The notes beneath the pieces are model-generated. The model made no database searches and had not been told where the DNA came from. It saw nothing but the letters and a program-made list of their open reading frames with translations. A stretch of DNA of 64,000 nucleotides from Sarea resinae. Taxonomy: Eukaryota. The translations under genes were made by a program, and so were the position numbers. Location of the stretch: NCBI GenBank assembly GCA_026026165.1, contig JAPEUD010000039.1, positions 124,001 to 188,000 on the forward strand, read 5' to 3'. Positions 1 through 14,006 of the stretch are shown here, piece after piece. Position 1 is the first letter of the stretch. Each line of letters starts with the position of its first letter.

Positions 1-322
1 ACGAAGATGATAATAGACGGGACGAGGAGCGAGGTTCTTCTCGAAGAGATGAGCATCGAGAGCGGAGGAGTGCAGCAAGCGGCCGTGATGAGAGAGAAGG
101 CCGACGAATTCGCGACGAGAGGGAGGAGAAGGATCCGAGGGAATATCGAGAAGAGCTCCCGATTGAGGAGGATCGGAGCCGTGGAGGAAGGAAGGATGAC
201 AGAGATCGGGAGAGGCGAGAACGAAGGAAGAGGGGTCGTGCCGGCGAGGAGGCGGCGCCTGCTGATCGTGAACGCAACCATGGGAGCAAGAGGATGCGCC
301 GGGCTCCTTGAGAGGCGGGCAT
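1..322 (-). CDS. Possible 5' end of a gene running off the window edge; N-terminus resembles a mitochondrial presequence
   Basis: ATG at 322 opens a stop-free frame to base 1 (MPASQGARRILLLPWLRSRSAGAASSPARPLFLRSRLSRSLSS...), which is Arg/Ser/Leu-rich and nearly free of acidic residues. The other two minus frames are also open over most of this stretch, so support is weak. Confidence 0.25.
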   Translation of the reverse strand, partial: MPASQGARRILLLPWLRSRSAGAASSPARPLFLRSRLSRSLSSFLPPRLRSSSIGSSSRYSLGSFSSLSSRIRRPSLSSRPLAALLRSRCSSLREEPRSSSRLLSSS

Positions 323-2842
323 TACAGAGAGGATACTGTATTGACGAGATTGTGTTCTTCCAATGTTTCTTCGAAAGCGATGTCATGGGTGGCGTCTTGG
401 TCGCATGAGTCTATGGGCGACTCGAGGCTTTAGCTATTGCAAACCTGTAGAATACTATGCTTTGGATCCTGGGGCTCTCGGGCGCTTTCTCTTCAACTAC
501 GTGTTTTCTATCATCTCTTCTACGAGGGTATTGCTATGCCTCTATATGATATTGTTTCGCTTCGCTTTTTACTACTCGAAAAATGGCCGTGCTCGGATCA
601 ATGGATGGGTGGGGATATGATTGACGGTCAGAGCCATGACATTTCCAATCCCCGTTCACACGGTTCTTTCTTGACCATCCCTGCCTGCTTTGCACATGCA
701 AAGACTCGTCTATAGACCACTCACTGGTCGCTTGCTCTCCGTGGACGGCGTACTATGTAGTGGAGGCCTCGGTCGGTTGGTGGGCAAGGCAAGGCACTCG
801 TCGGTCGGTTGGATAAGTTGAAGGTTGAAGCGGAGACGAGGGATGGACGGACGGATCATGATATGAATGAATCATGCCCGAACATCGAGCATCGAACAAC
901 GGACATCGAACATGGAGCACTCGGTCTCTCGGTCCCTGAAGCCATCCCCGGAGCACTCTAGTCTCGTTCCCTCGTTACATACAGAGTCATGTACTCTCTA
1001 CTCATCGTCAGGTCCTCTCTGATGCATCCATCCATGGCGGTGCACCGACACGATGCATTCATTTATTATTGATTCATGGCTGATCGACGGGCGATCCTGC
1101 TTCCTGGCCTTGTCTTTTACTGTGATGGTACTCTACCAAGACGTGGCCACCGGATGGGACGACGAGACTGTCTTTGGAGGAAGACGCTATCATCAGCAAG
1201 CTGGATGATGTGGTTACTATGGATGTGGGATGGATCACCGCAAGGCCGTCTGATTCAGTGATTGATTATTGACTGATCTTCAGATTGCCCTCGTCGGAGT
1301 CGAAGCGACGGAGAGGCGAAGAGAGAGATGGGTCAATGTGATTGGTGGCGCCACGTTGACGGCTGGACTGGGAAGACGCAGGTTCCATCCATGGATATTG
1401 CGCTTCCACTGTATTCGGACCCATCTACGAAGTACAGTACTTTGTGCTCTACAGTACGCTCTCCCGCACATTCAACAATACTAGAGTATGAGCACTAACA
1501 GACCCAGTAGTCACTGCAGCTGTCAGTTGTCAATTGCCAGCAGTGGGAGGCGCTGTACTCCTAGAGTAGTCTGGACTCCAGAATAGAATAGTAGAGTACC
1601 GCAGCAGGTAGAGCTAGTGGAGTTAGCAGGTACTAGTGCTGCTAGCACCGAGAGCGTTCACGACCCAGTCTCAGTAGAGTGTAGAGGACTTTGTAGTAGC
1701 GCAGTTCTACTATGACTACTCTGTACTGACTCCCCCTGGACTCACTCACTCGCCCCCGTTCTGCACATGGGGCGAAGAAGAAGAAGAAGAAGAAGAAACA
1801 GAAGAAAAGGGGATTCGACTCTACCTAGTAGTAGGGCCCTCACCCCTACGCGACCTGTAGTACTTCAGTAGTGCTGCGCGGTCCTCCTCTTCTAGGCTGG
1901 GATCGTCTATTGGGAGGGACCTGCCTCTCCCCTTTCACCACCCCGGTCGTGTGCCGAACCCCCCTTGGGACGCTGGACGCTGGACGCTGGACGCTGGACC
2001 CATCAACCGTCGTGCCGCTGTTGTCTCTCCTTTCCGGTGGTAGTGGTGCATGGGCCAGAAGCTGACGCGGGAAGAGCGCGAGGGTGCAAATCACCATGCG
2101 CCGTGCCAGATGCACCGGGCAGATCAGAGACGAGTCCAGCCAAGTCGAGCCAAGCCCAGACGGACCACACGCCCTGAAGCAGCTGGGCCGGCGTCGGCAG
2201 AGACCGTATCGTACCTTAGGTAGAGTAGGTACAGCAGACCGTGGCCTGCGCCAGCCACAACCACCATCACCACCACCGCCCACAAACCCCGAACCTGCAC
2301 CAGAAACCAGCATCGCATCGGCCACGCTGATTGATGGACGCCCTTGCCGTAGGCCACTTTCCATCCTTCGCTCGCTCGGTCTGCAGCTCCTCTATCACTC
2401 TTGCTCTTCTCCTTCCCTGCCCTCGTCTCCTGCCCGTGCTTCTTCTGCTTGGCTCGGGCTCGCCGCCACGCAGATGAGCTGAACTGTCTCCTGACAAGCA
2501 CTCTGAAGTCGAAAGCTCTCCACGACCCGCCATGATCATGATGCATCCTCGCGGATCATGGAAATGATTCCCTGTGTCTATTCTTGTGACGCTCCCATCT
2601 CTCTTTACGGGTCGCACTGCAGCAGCAACAACAACAACATCTGGTCCTCGGCAACCAGTGTGAATACATTGACCGAGCTCTCGACGTCTTGGCAAGACAG
2701 CTGGAGTGAATCTGGACAATTCTCGTCCGTCCTGCCGCACAAATCCATCTAGTCGCCGACAAGCTCGTCTTCTTCTCTTCTTCCTTTTCTTGGCCGGTCG
2801 ACATGCCGATGATCGTATCACACCTACGCAGCGATCGACGAT

Positions 2843-4472
2843 ATGAAGCATAGGTTTCCCTTCAAACTCGCGCCCATTGTAAGTTCTCTCTTGGATGATG
2901 CCATGATCTAGCCGTCTACATTGTGTCGTTGGCCAACCCTCACGAGGACTAACGACTCTACAGAGGGTGCCCTCACCCGCGTCGATTGTTCGTCCTCGGA
3001 AGAGTGGCGATGAGTCTCCATTCATCCTCTCCTCTCCAACCTACGAAGCACCGCCGCCACTGTCACCACAGACGGAGAGACAGCTTCGGAATGCCTGTGC
3101 TCTCGTTCTCGAAAACTTCAAACCCTCGGACCAGCTCTACGAAGAAATATGTCGAAGTGGACTACTGAATGAGGACAACGTCCACGGTGAGGCGAAATCT
3201 GCACGTGAAGGGTGGTGGACGGAACCACCTACCGCTACGGCGGCCAAGCATCAACACAAACTGTCTGGGCCGACGGGTCCCACGACCTACGCGGCCTACA
3301 GACCTTCTGGACATCCCGAAAATCCTTTCGATGACAATGCAGAGATCCGTGAGGACTCGGGACTGAATCGGTCTCTCTCCACCGGCCGAGGTATCAGAAA
3401 CAAGAGACCAGATCCTCGGCAACAGGCACACGTGCGCGGCCCACCATTGTCAGCTGGCGCATCGTTCCCCCACGATTCGACCGCATTCGGCCGAGGAAAT
3501 GAAACCACAAAGGCATCGGTCGGTCAGACGGATTCTTACGACACGTCAACTTCAAGCTCGAGGACCAATACCACGGTGGACAAAGACCATTCACGCTCAA
3601 CAGGTCTCACGTCGGCTGCTCTTACGCCAGCGGTCAAGGATAAGCCCTTTGAGCCCGTTCTTCCGAGGAGTGAGATTACTGCCACCGCTTGGTCGGAGAG
3701 AGCTCGAGTCAGGCGACCGTCCGAGGAGCGGAGACCACCGACCCGGGCCAGCAGTCTGAAAGAAAACATCCAAAATTACATCAAGCCGAGAGCGTCCAAA
3801 GAGAGTCTTCGCAGCAACCATTCCGGTGGCAGTTCTCGGAGTGCTGGAAGCTGGTGGAGTCACATGGGCCTGTCGAGACGAGGAAGTCGAAGTAGAGGTC
3901 ATCAGAGCAAGTCCGAGAGAACCGGGCAGCAGTCGCCAGGAGCGATTGATCTGAACCGACCACTACCGCCCCTTCCCGGCCTCGACCAGTGGGAAGAAAA
4001 TCAACAGCCCAAGACGCATGTTGCAAACCTCATGCGTGATGACGCCGTTGGAAGAGCGCCAGCAGCCATCGCGCATGCTTACGCAGATGAAGAGCCACAA
4101 GAAGAGCAACAGCGGATCGAGGAGCTTCGCCGAGCGGTCGAAGCGAAGATGACCACCGGGAGCGTGCAACGTTCAGCATCGACTACTCAAAAATCGGGTG
4201 ATGAGAGGCCGAGGGGCCGATCTGGGTCTGCAAAAGTCCAGCCCGAGATCAGTCGAAAAGCCGTGGCACCTGCTCAGCCAGTAATCGAGAAAACCAGCGA
4301 GAGGAAAGCTGTGCACGAGAAAGCCGTACACGAGAAAGCCAGCGAGCAGAGACCTGTAAATGAGAAAGCCGGCGAGAAGAAAGGTGGCGGATTGCGAAGG
4401 AAATTCAGCATCCTGGGATTTGGCAGTAAGCCAGAGAGACACCACATCAGGAGGGATGGCGTCGTCAATTAG
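2843..4472 (+). CDS. Hypothetical, largely disordered protein (~514 aa) with an LNRPLPPLP proline-rich motif
   Basis: Exon 2843-2878 (MKHRFPFKLAPI), then intron 2879-2963 (GTAAGT...ACTAAC...CAG), splices in frame to the 501-aa ORF ending at 4472. Confidence 0.75.
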
Positions 4473-5020
4473 GGTTGGTGCACAGACATCTCAGCTCGAT
4501 CAAAGGGATGATATCTTCAGATTTCGTATGGAGTCAGGTCGGCGTTATCGGGATCTCGTCGTGCCTAGATAGTGACTCGGGATATCAGGGCGCTCGGCGC
4601 CTATGGGCCGCCATCTTGTCAGATACAGCGTGGAATCTATGTCGATGGTTTTCTTTGGGCATGGTGCTCTCTGGGTCATCTATCTGAAGCAAAAGCCATG
4701 AGAAGATCAGTGTAATCCGTAAAGCCAACGATGTTTTGCAGCTCCCTATGAGTAGAGTACTGTACTCTGGAGTACGGAGTATTGAATGGTTATGACAGTG
4801 ACACCTGAAAGATAAGATTAGATCTGAAGACGAGCGAGCAAGCACGTGCTCTTCCGTCATCGCCTTATCGGCGTCCCATGGCCGAAAATCGCAGTGCACG
4901 GACCAATGCCGGCATCTGTTGCCATGCGGCATCGAATAATCATCTTCAGACACCATTGCTAGACTCCATCACGATATTTCTTTTTTTGCAGTCCATGGGG
5001 TGCTCGACTCGGTTTCGACG

Positions 5021-6954
<1,934 letters not shown>

Positions 6955-6959
6955 GTGGA

Positions 6960-7484
6960 GTACATGGTTTCATGCCTCTCTTTTCCGTTTTTCTTTTTTC
7001 TTGTTTTGCTTTTCAATAGATATGATCTAGACCTAGGGGGGTAGAGGGGGAGAAAAAACCAGAGCGAGTGGTGAATCTAAACGAGGAGAGAGAGGGAAAA
7101 CAAGGGAGCGAAGGGGAAAGCATACCTTTTCTAAAGCACGACAAAAGCTTGACGCTTCCAGCGCATTAGAACGTAACGTTCAAAACAAACTTGGCCTATG
7201 CTGTATATAGCACCTAGTATAGTATACTATATTCTATTATACTATACTATGCTTATCTTATTCTATCTGTCTGACTACCTATCTCTTACTATCTCTTACT
7301 ATCTCCTACAATCTCTCCCAATGTCCTCCTAGCTCCTCCTACCCCTCTACCTCTCTCTCCTCTAGTCTTCTACCCGTCTTCCTACCCACGACATCCTCGA
7401 CCTCTCTAAACACCCGTCCAACCACCTGTCTATGCATCTGTCTATAGACGTGTATAGACCGATAGATGGATAGATAGACCTCTC

Positions 7485-7535
<51 letters not shown>

Positions 7536-8380
7536 TCTTCTCCTCTCTAGGGAAAATCCCTCTTGAGAAAGTCTCTCTTCTCTCCTCCTTCAATCTGTCT
7601 TTCGAATGCTCTCTTGAGAACCGTTTTTGTTTCTGAAAACCTGTCTCTTTACTAATCTCTAGAGAGAGAGAGAGAGTAACAACACTACACTCTAAACTCC
7701 AAGACAACGTCTCTTCTAGATAGGAAAGAAAAACAGGGGTCGGGTTTGAATGACTAGGATTAAGATGGAGGGAATACAGGGGATAGTGAAGGATAGGTAA
7801 GGTAAAGAAGGAATAAGAGAAAGAAGAGAAAGAAGAGAGATAAGATAGATATAATTAAGTTAGATTGATTGATTCAATAGATTAATAGATAGGTAGATCA
7901 ATAGGCGAAGAATCAGATTCAGTACCTAGATAAGTGAGGAGATTAGTAGATAGGCAGATTAAAGTGGATAGTTGGATGGATTGAATGGATAGGTGGATAG
8001 ACAGATAGGTAGATTGGAGCGGATCGGATCGGATCGAATAGATAGATAGCCGGGCAACGTGGAAGGAATTGCATTGGTTGAAGGGAACTAATAGATGGAT
8101 AGATAGATAGATAGATAGATTGATTGAATTGATTGAATTGGCCGATTGATTGGACTGCTCGAATTGCATCGAATTGAATTGAATTTGCTTTGTATTGATT
8201 TTCCAATACCAACATTTTAGAATTCCCCTCCTATCTCCCACCCCCGCCAACAAAACCAATCTTGATCTTTATCCCTATCTCGATGCCTATCCTAGAAGAG
8301 AACCCCTCCTTTTTCTGCTCTCTCCCTCTATTTCTCTCTCTCTCCTCTTCCAAACCCAATCCAACCCAACCACACCACAC
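6960..8380. repeat. AT-rich, microsatellite-dense island between convergent met2 and the SAP gene
   Basis: (CT)n at ~7488-7530, (GATA)n at ~8097-8120, CTATA/CTATCTCTTA iterations. TpA-rich core at ~7190-7930. Confidence 0.85.
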
Positions 8381-8384
8381 CTAG

Positions 8385-10733
8385 CTAATCCCTCATCGAC
8401 CGCCAATTCTCGTCTCTCACCCTCTCTCTCTCTCCTCCGCCCTGCTCCCGATCCCAGTCCCGCTCTCGGTATCCACCACCATACCCACCACCGCGTCCAC
8501 GTCCGCCTCTCCCCCTACCGCCAAAACCACCACCACCGCCGCCGCCGCCGCCGCGTGCCCCGTACCCATACGGCGCCGAAGCCGGCGGGAAATAACTGCC
8601 CCGCACAGCGCCAGGTCGGCTGTACGCTGGACCGCCAGTACCGTAACCGTTACCATGATGATCGGCGTACCGACGACCAGCCGCACCGCCACCGCCGCCA
8701 CCGCCGACACCACCGAGTCGCGGCCCGAAATCAGGGCCCTTGTCGACGATCGAGTCGGCGTCTTCGAACGTATACCGGCGCATCTCCGCCCTCTCTCCAT
8801 CTCCGCCTCGATCTCTTTCTCGGTCTCCACCACCAGCCGACGCACGCGCGCTGGCCGTCCGGGCCGCTAGTTCCGCGAGGCGCCGCGCCGCAATGTCTTT
8901 CGCCACGGGCAGGTAGTACAGTTTTGGTTTGCCGGCCGCGGCCGACGTCGACAGGAAAAGCGTGTCGAGGGTGGCGAAGCCGGCGCCGGATGCGGGGCGG
9001 AGTGCTGCCGAAGGAGATTCGGTGGACAAAGGACGAGGAGGCGAGGACGACGAGGCCGTAGGCGGCAAGATGGCCGAGAGACCGTTGGTCTCCTGGAACG
9101 AGCGCCGCGGCCCAAGCGGTGTCGAGCCCGTGTTGTAATCCCTCGAGTCGGCCGCACCGGCCGCCGTCGTCGTCGTCGAAGACGAACCAACTTCGCGAAG
9201 CACGGCCTTGACGCCACGCTCCCCGTCATCGTTCTCATGAACTTCGCCCACCCGACCAGCCTCGTACACGACCTCCCACCTCTTGGCAGCGCGAGCCGAG
9301 GCCCGCCCACCACCCGACGCGGCCGCACCCACGTTCTGCTCGGCCTCGATCCACTCGGCCACTTTTTCCTCGGGCACGAAATCGACCCAGAGCGGTTTGC
9401 GCAGCCGCTCCTCGGGCCACACGCGGTTGTGCAGGGCGTTGCGCACGCGCGAGGCCGCCGCCGTCGAGCCAAACGACGCGAAACAGTGCGTGCGGATCGG
9501 GTCGAGGAAGAAGTCGTGCAGCGAGGACGGGTCGGGCGTGCTGGTGTGCGGCGGCGTGGCGAGCGAGATCAGGTGTGATTTGAGGGCCGGCGGGTGGAGC
9601 GGCCGCATAAAGTCTCGGATGTAGAGGGCTGGCGTTGCCGGGTGCAGCGACGGAGACACGGTTGGCTCGTCGTCATCGTGCGCATCCGGGGGAGGGGAGG
9701 TGGCGGCACCGTTGGCGGTGGATTTGCTGAGAGCGTCTTTGGGGGAGAAGAGGTCTTTGAAGCGGGCATCTTTGTTAGACGGAGCTTTCAAAGAGGCCGT
9801 GGCCGGCGAAGGAGATTGCTTTTGTTGTTGTTCTGTGGGTGGGCTGTTTGCCTCTTCTGCCGTCTCTGCTTCGCCCATTACAACGTCTGCCTTCTGCACC
9901 GCCTCGGAAACAGTGTCCTCTTTCAGCTGAACATGCGTGAATTCGTCTTCCTGCTTGGCCCTCTTGGCCGCAGCATCGACCACCAGAGGCGGTGGACTCT
10001 GACTCCGTCTCTTCCTTTTTCGCGTATCCTCGACAATCTCTTCGGCGGTAGACGATCGGCGTGTTGCATCGGTGGCAGGGGCCTGGACTTGAGCTGTCGT
10101 TTCGTCTGGGACTTGCGATGCGCCTACTCGTATTGGCTCTTGTGGCTCTTGGGGCGCGGCCTGTTGTGTCGGCTGGTCTGATATCTGTGATGTGTCAACC
10201 TCTGTTGGCTCTTGCGGCTCTTGAGGCGCGGCCTGTTGCGCCGGCTCGACAGCTGCTGATGTCGCATGACTGGCTTCCGGATCTGGCGCATCCTCTGGCT
10301 CGATGGGAGCATCCTTGGGAGCATCCTTGGGAGCATCCTTGGGGTCCAGCGCAGGCGCGTCTCCCATGGCGGCATCTTGCGATTCCTCGACCACCGCCTC
10401 AGCGACTTTGCGCCCCGTATCTTCAACCCCTTCTGCCCCCTGCGCCATTACTTCGCCAGCCTTCACTCCATTTTCGGCACCGACAGTAGCCTCGGTCGCA
10501 GTAGGTGTCGGCTCCTCTACATGGCCAGTGGGGACCGCCGCCGGAGCCGCAGTCTGTTCGGGTGTCTCTTCCTTCTCTTCCTCTCCCGGCTCGGCAGCCT
10601 GTTCGGCCTCTTGCTGGGCATCGGCCTCGTTCAATCGATCAATCAGCACCTGCTTGAGGCCGACTTGGGGCAAGCCACGCTTCTTGAGCTCGGCCTTGAG
10701 ATCGACGACTTTGAGTTTGCTGTATTCGGGCAT
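8385..10733 (-). CDS. Acinus-like protein (SAP domain, RRM, RSB-like motif, RGG tail)
   Basis: Single 782-aa ORF. N-terminal SAP domain (LKVVDLKAELKKRGLPQVGLKQVLIDRL), Acinus-type RRM (ALYIRDFMRPL...IRTHCF...ALHNRVWP...LWVDF), RSB-like KPKLYYLPV, and a C-terminal RGG/RD-rich tail. Confidence 0.88.
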   Translation of the reverse strand: MPEYSKLKVVDLKAELKKRGLPQVGLKQVLIDRLNEADAQQEAEQAAEPGEEEKEETPEQTAAPAAVPTGHVEEPTPTATEATVGAENGVKAGEVMAQGAEGVEDTGRKVAEAVVEESQDAAMGDAPALDPKDAPKDAPKDAPIEPEDAPDPEASHATSAAVEPAQQAAPQEPQEPTEVDTSQISDQPTQQAAPQEPQEPIRVGASQVPDETTAQVQAPATDATRRSSTAEEIVEDTRKRKRRSQSPPPLVVDAAAKRAKQEDEFTHVQLKEDTVSEAVQKADVVMGEAETAEEANSPPTEQQQKQSPSPATASLKAPSNKDARFKDLFSPKDALSKSTANGAATSPPPDAHDDDEPTVSPSLHPATPALYIRDFMRPLHPPALKSHLISLATPPHTSTPDPSSLHDFFLDPIRTHCFASFGSTAAASRVRNALHNRVWPEERLRKPLWVDFVPEEKVAEWIEAEQNVGAAASGGGRASARAAKRWEVVYEAGRVGEVHENDDGERGVKAVLREVGSSSTTTTAAGAADSRDYNTGSTPLGPRRSFQETNGLSAILPPTASSSSPPRPLSTESPSAALRPASGAGFATLDTLFLSTSAAAGKPKLYYLPVAKDIAARRLAELAARTASARASAGGGDRERDRGGDGERAEMRRYTFEDADSIVDKGPDFGPRLGGVGGGGGGGAAGRRYADHHGNGYGTGGPAYSRPGAVRGSYFPPASAPYGYGARGGGGGGGGGFGGRGRGGRGRGGGYGGGYRERDWDREQGGGERERVRDENWRSMRD

Positions 10734-12086
10734 GGTGGCGGGGGAGATGAGATGGTGTAGGATGGAAGCGGTGCAATTGTTGTTCTCTCAATTGGACGCG
10801 TTTATCATTCCATGTTCCGGTGCGAAGTCGCGTGAAGAGAGAGAAGGTGATTCTCCCAATTGGAGTGCAGGTATAGAGATGAAGATGAAGATCAAGAATG
10901 AATAGTGAAGAGTCAAGAAATAGCCCTAATGTGTGCGACTGGTGGGATGGGATGGGATGGGATGGTATCGCCAAAGAAAGGTTGAGCGTACTGAGAGTAC
11001 ATCCAAGATGTCACGAAGTGAAAGATGCAGCATGAGGCTCTTTCACCTTCGCGGATGTACCCACTTATCTGATCTTCGATCTCGACCGTCCAGACTCGCA
11101 GACTCGCAGACTCATTCATGATGCCGAACATGACCCATCTGTCCATCTTCAGCGAGATGGCTCCCGCGGAGCACCATCGACCTCGATCTGGAAGCATTTC
11201 CGACCCGCTCGAGTCAGTCCAGCGTGCATCCTGCTCCATCGTGCTCCATCGTGCTCGAGCACTCTCTCACGCTCCGTCTTCGTAGCTCCGGTCCGGTCCT
11301 TCCAGCGAGTCCTCTTGGTCCAAAGTACAGTACTTGACAAGTACCCGCTCGTCCACGCGAACAGTGTCGTGCAGCCAGGTACCGCTTCTGTCACACATCA
11401 CGTAACAGGATCGACGGCGAGTCATCCTTAGCCAGGAACCGAGTCAACTCTATTCGCGTCTTTCAACGCCAGACGGACTGCAGCACGAACCAAATCCACA
11501 GCCACAGCAGCAGCGGCAGCAGCAGCAAAGACTTGCTCTCTCCCGTGCTTTGTAAATGAAAGAGAACATGATTTCCTTTGTACCAGACACCGCCCGAGAA
11601 GCGCCATCAGAACTACGGGAGATGGAAAAACAACCAGTGCGAAAAGTGCAAAACCCCCGCTGGCCCCTGAATCATGAATCCCCCTCCTGTCTCCCCGCGA
11701 CTCATGTGTCTGCATCACTTGCGCCCCGCCCTCCCAGCGGCGCCTTCAGCCCAGCGACACTAAGACTTCGACCCCTCGACTTCGACTTCGACCTCGATCT
11801 CGATCTCGACCTCGACTTCGACCTCGGCCCAGCGTGCACCCTCAGCCCATAGCCTGACGTCGATCAAAGAACCCTGAATCCAATGTCCAGTGCAGTCCGA
11901 CAAAACCGTGTCGTACCGCTGTCACGGCCACCACCACCGCCACTCCCGCCTAGTCTGGTCCCTTTGACCAATATCATACCACGAGGGGCCGGCCCTACCT
12001 CGGCAAGCCTTGTCAGTTTTGGAGGTCGTCTGGCTTGTGGAAAAGATGTTGGTGTTTTACGTCGAGTCTATCAACCAGCCAATCAA

Positions 12087-14006
12087 TCAAACTCCGTTAT
12101 CACCGCCCCCGCCCCCGCCCCCACTTGCGCCGGCTCCGGCAATACTCTCTTCCGCCTCCTCGACCGCCTTCAGCTCCGTCGCTCGTCCCACTCCGCCACC
12201 GAGGCCAGCATTACCTGACGCCGTACTTGCACCGCCCGCGCCCTCCCGTCTGTTCTTGGCCCCCTCCTTGAGTTTGGACCACCGGTCGCGATAGCGCGCC
12301 AGTACGTCGCGCAGTTTCTCGTTCTCTTTCTCCGTCCGGATCCGCGCGGCTTCCGTCTCCCGTAGCTGCGTCTCGAGGGACGTGAGGCGGGAGGCGATGT
12401 CGACGTCCGCCTGCGCTTGGATCGGCGGCTGTGACGGCGGTTGGGTCTGCGTCTGCGTTTTTGTTGCTGGAGACGCGGACGTGGACGCGGGTGCTTCGTA
12501 TGGTGAAGGGGATGTTTGATGGTGTGGTGAAGACGGATGGTTCATGCTCCTAAGACTCTGCTGCAGCGCCAGAGACGAGTTCTGCGCATTCGCTTCCCAC
12601 ATGTGCAGACGGCGTGAGAGGGCATCCGTGAGTTGTTTGAGAGTGCGGTTTTCGAGGTGTAGCTCTTCCAACGTCTTCGTACTGGCTGGGTCCTGCGTGC
12701 GTCCCGCTACTGCCGCTGTTGATGACGAAGTAGAAGAGAGCGCTTTGTTGGAGGATGCACGACGAGAGAATATCGGAGGTGGGACTTGATTTTGGTGTTG
12801 GTGGTGTTGGACGGGTGTTTCGCGCGCGTCGACGAAATCTTGCGATGTGTGTGACGAGGACAGACTGTGTTGATTTCGGCTATGGGTGTGGTAGTCCTGC
12901 TCGGGGCGTGAGAGGATGCCTGCGTAAGAAATCGTGCCGCCCGTGGTGGGAACGACGTAGAAACTTTCTGCTGCGTTGCTCGATCCGTTCTCTTCGCGGA
13001 GGGCGCGCAAGGCGGCTCTGGAGAACAGCGAGGTTACGTCTGGATCGGCAGTGGTCGTAGTTGTGGTGGTTGTCGGTTGGGGGGTTTCCGGCTTGGAGGG
13101 TGTTGGTGTGGGCGGCTCATCCGAAGTGAGGGGAAGACCTGCAAATGCGAGAGGTGCGGAAAGACGGGAGAGAAGTCCTTCGAAGGTGGAGTAGAATCTT
13201 TGAAAGGGCTCGTCGGAGGCTTTTGCTTCTTCCTCCTCTTCGTCTTGATCGGCTACTTCTTCTTTACTGGCTAGATCGACGCCGGGAGAGTGCTTTGATT
13301 CTCTTGATTCAGCTACAGCTGGAAGAGAAGAAGGTTGGGCCCCATGAGACGATTTCACGCGTTCGTTGTTGGTAGAGGGTGAGCCTTGCTTTTTCCTTGT
13401 TTCTGATGCTCGCGGCTTGGTGGGGTTGCCGAGCATCTTTCCCCCGGCATGTTGAGCGGAGAGGGTGGGTGAGATGGGCGCGCCTCTCCGTTGCTGAGAC
13501 GAGGGGATTCCTCTAGCCGATGCTAGATTGCTCGCGATAGAAGACGTAAGATCACGAGAGGGGTTTCGCTGGGAGACAGCAGCCTTGTAAGGGGATGACG
13601 TGGATGAGGCCGCAGGAGCTGGAGACGCAACAGGGGCATTATCGCTGGTCTCACTGATTTCTCCACTGGGATTTGGATATGAATGCTGTGACTCTCTGAA
13701 CTTGAGTATTTCCGCTAGCTTTTGATGATGCTGCTCCAGGAGCTTGAGTGTCCGAAGAGCCTGTTGCGGCGGTGAGCATTTGTGTTGGAAGAAGACAAAG
13801 AGTCATTACCTCGGCATCGCCGCTGGTCTTGGCTGCACTTGCAAATTCTCCTGCTGCGAGCTCGTGCTCTTCACTGGCGGCGGTCACGTTGGACTTGTGA
13901 GTCTCGTTCTGAGCATTGCGGGCATGCGAGTGCGCCTGAGAGATTAGCTGTGCATGGAGATGGGCTGTGGCGATGGGCTTACCAAAGTCAGCGGAGAGGA
14001 TTCCAT
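12087..14006 (-). CDS. MIT-like N-terminal domain plus C-terminal coiled-coil protein, probable Atg38/NRBF2 homologue
   Basis: Exon 14006-13983 (MESSPLTL), exon 2 (AHSHARNA...EEHELAAGEFASAA...DAE), and exon 3 beginning ALRTLKLLEQHHQKLAEIL and running into the 449-aa ORF. Two coiled coils (LEELHLENRTLKQL; EKENEKLRDVLARYRDRWSKLKEGAK). Confidence 0.7.

Noticed and set aside
4840..4935. CACGTG and ATGCCGGCAT upstream of met2 as sulfur-regulon sites
   Set aside because: ATGCCGGCAT does not fit the CYS3/MetR consensus ATGRYRYCAT, and the single CACGTG lacks the TCACGTG context.
8355..8387. TAG-CTAG stop context of the SAP gene as a readthrough signal
   Set aside because: The established motif is TGA-CTA(G), and the extension is low-complexity with no PTS1 tripeptide.
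11700..11850. Minus-strand frame reading RSKSRSRSRSRSKSKSRGRS (SR-protein-like)
   Set aside because: It is a degenerate hexamer repeat (TCGACY/TCGATC) with an in-frame stop just upstream, no ATG, and no convincing splice link to the neighbouring gene.
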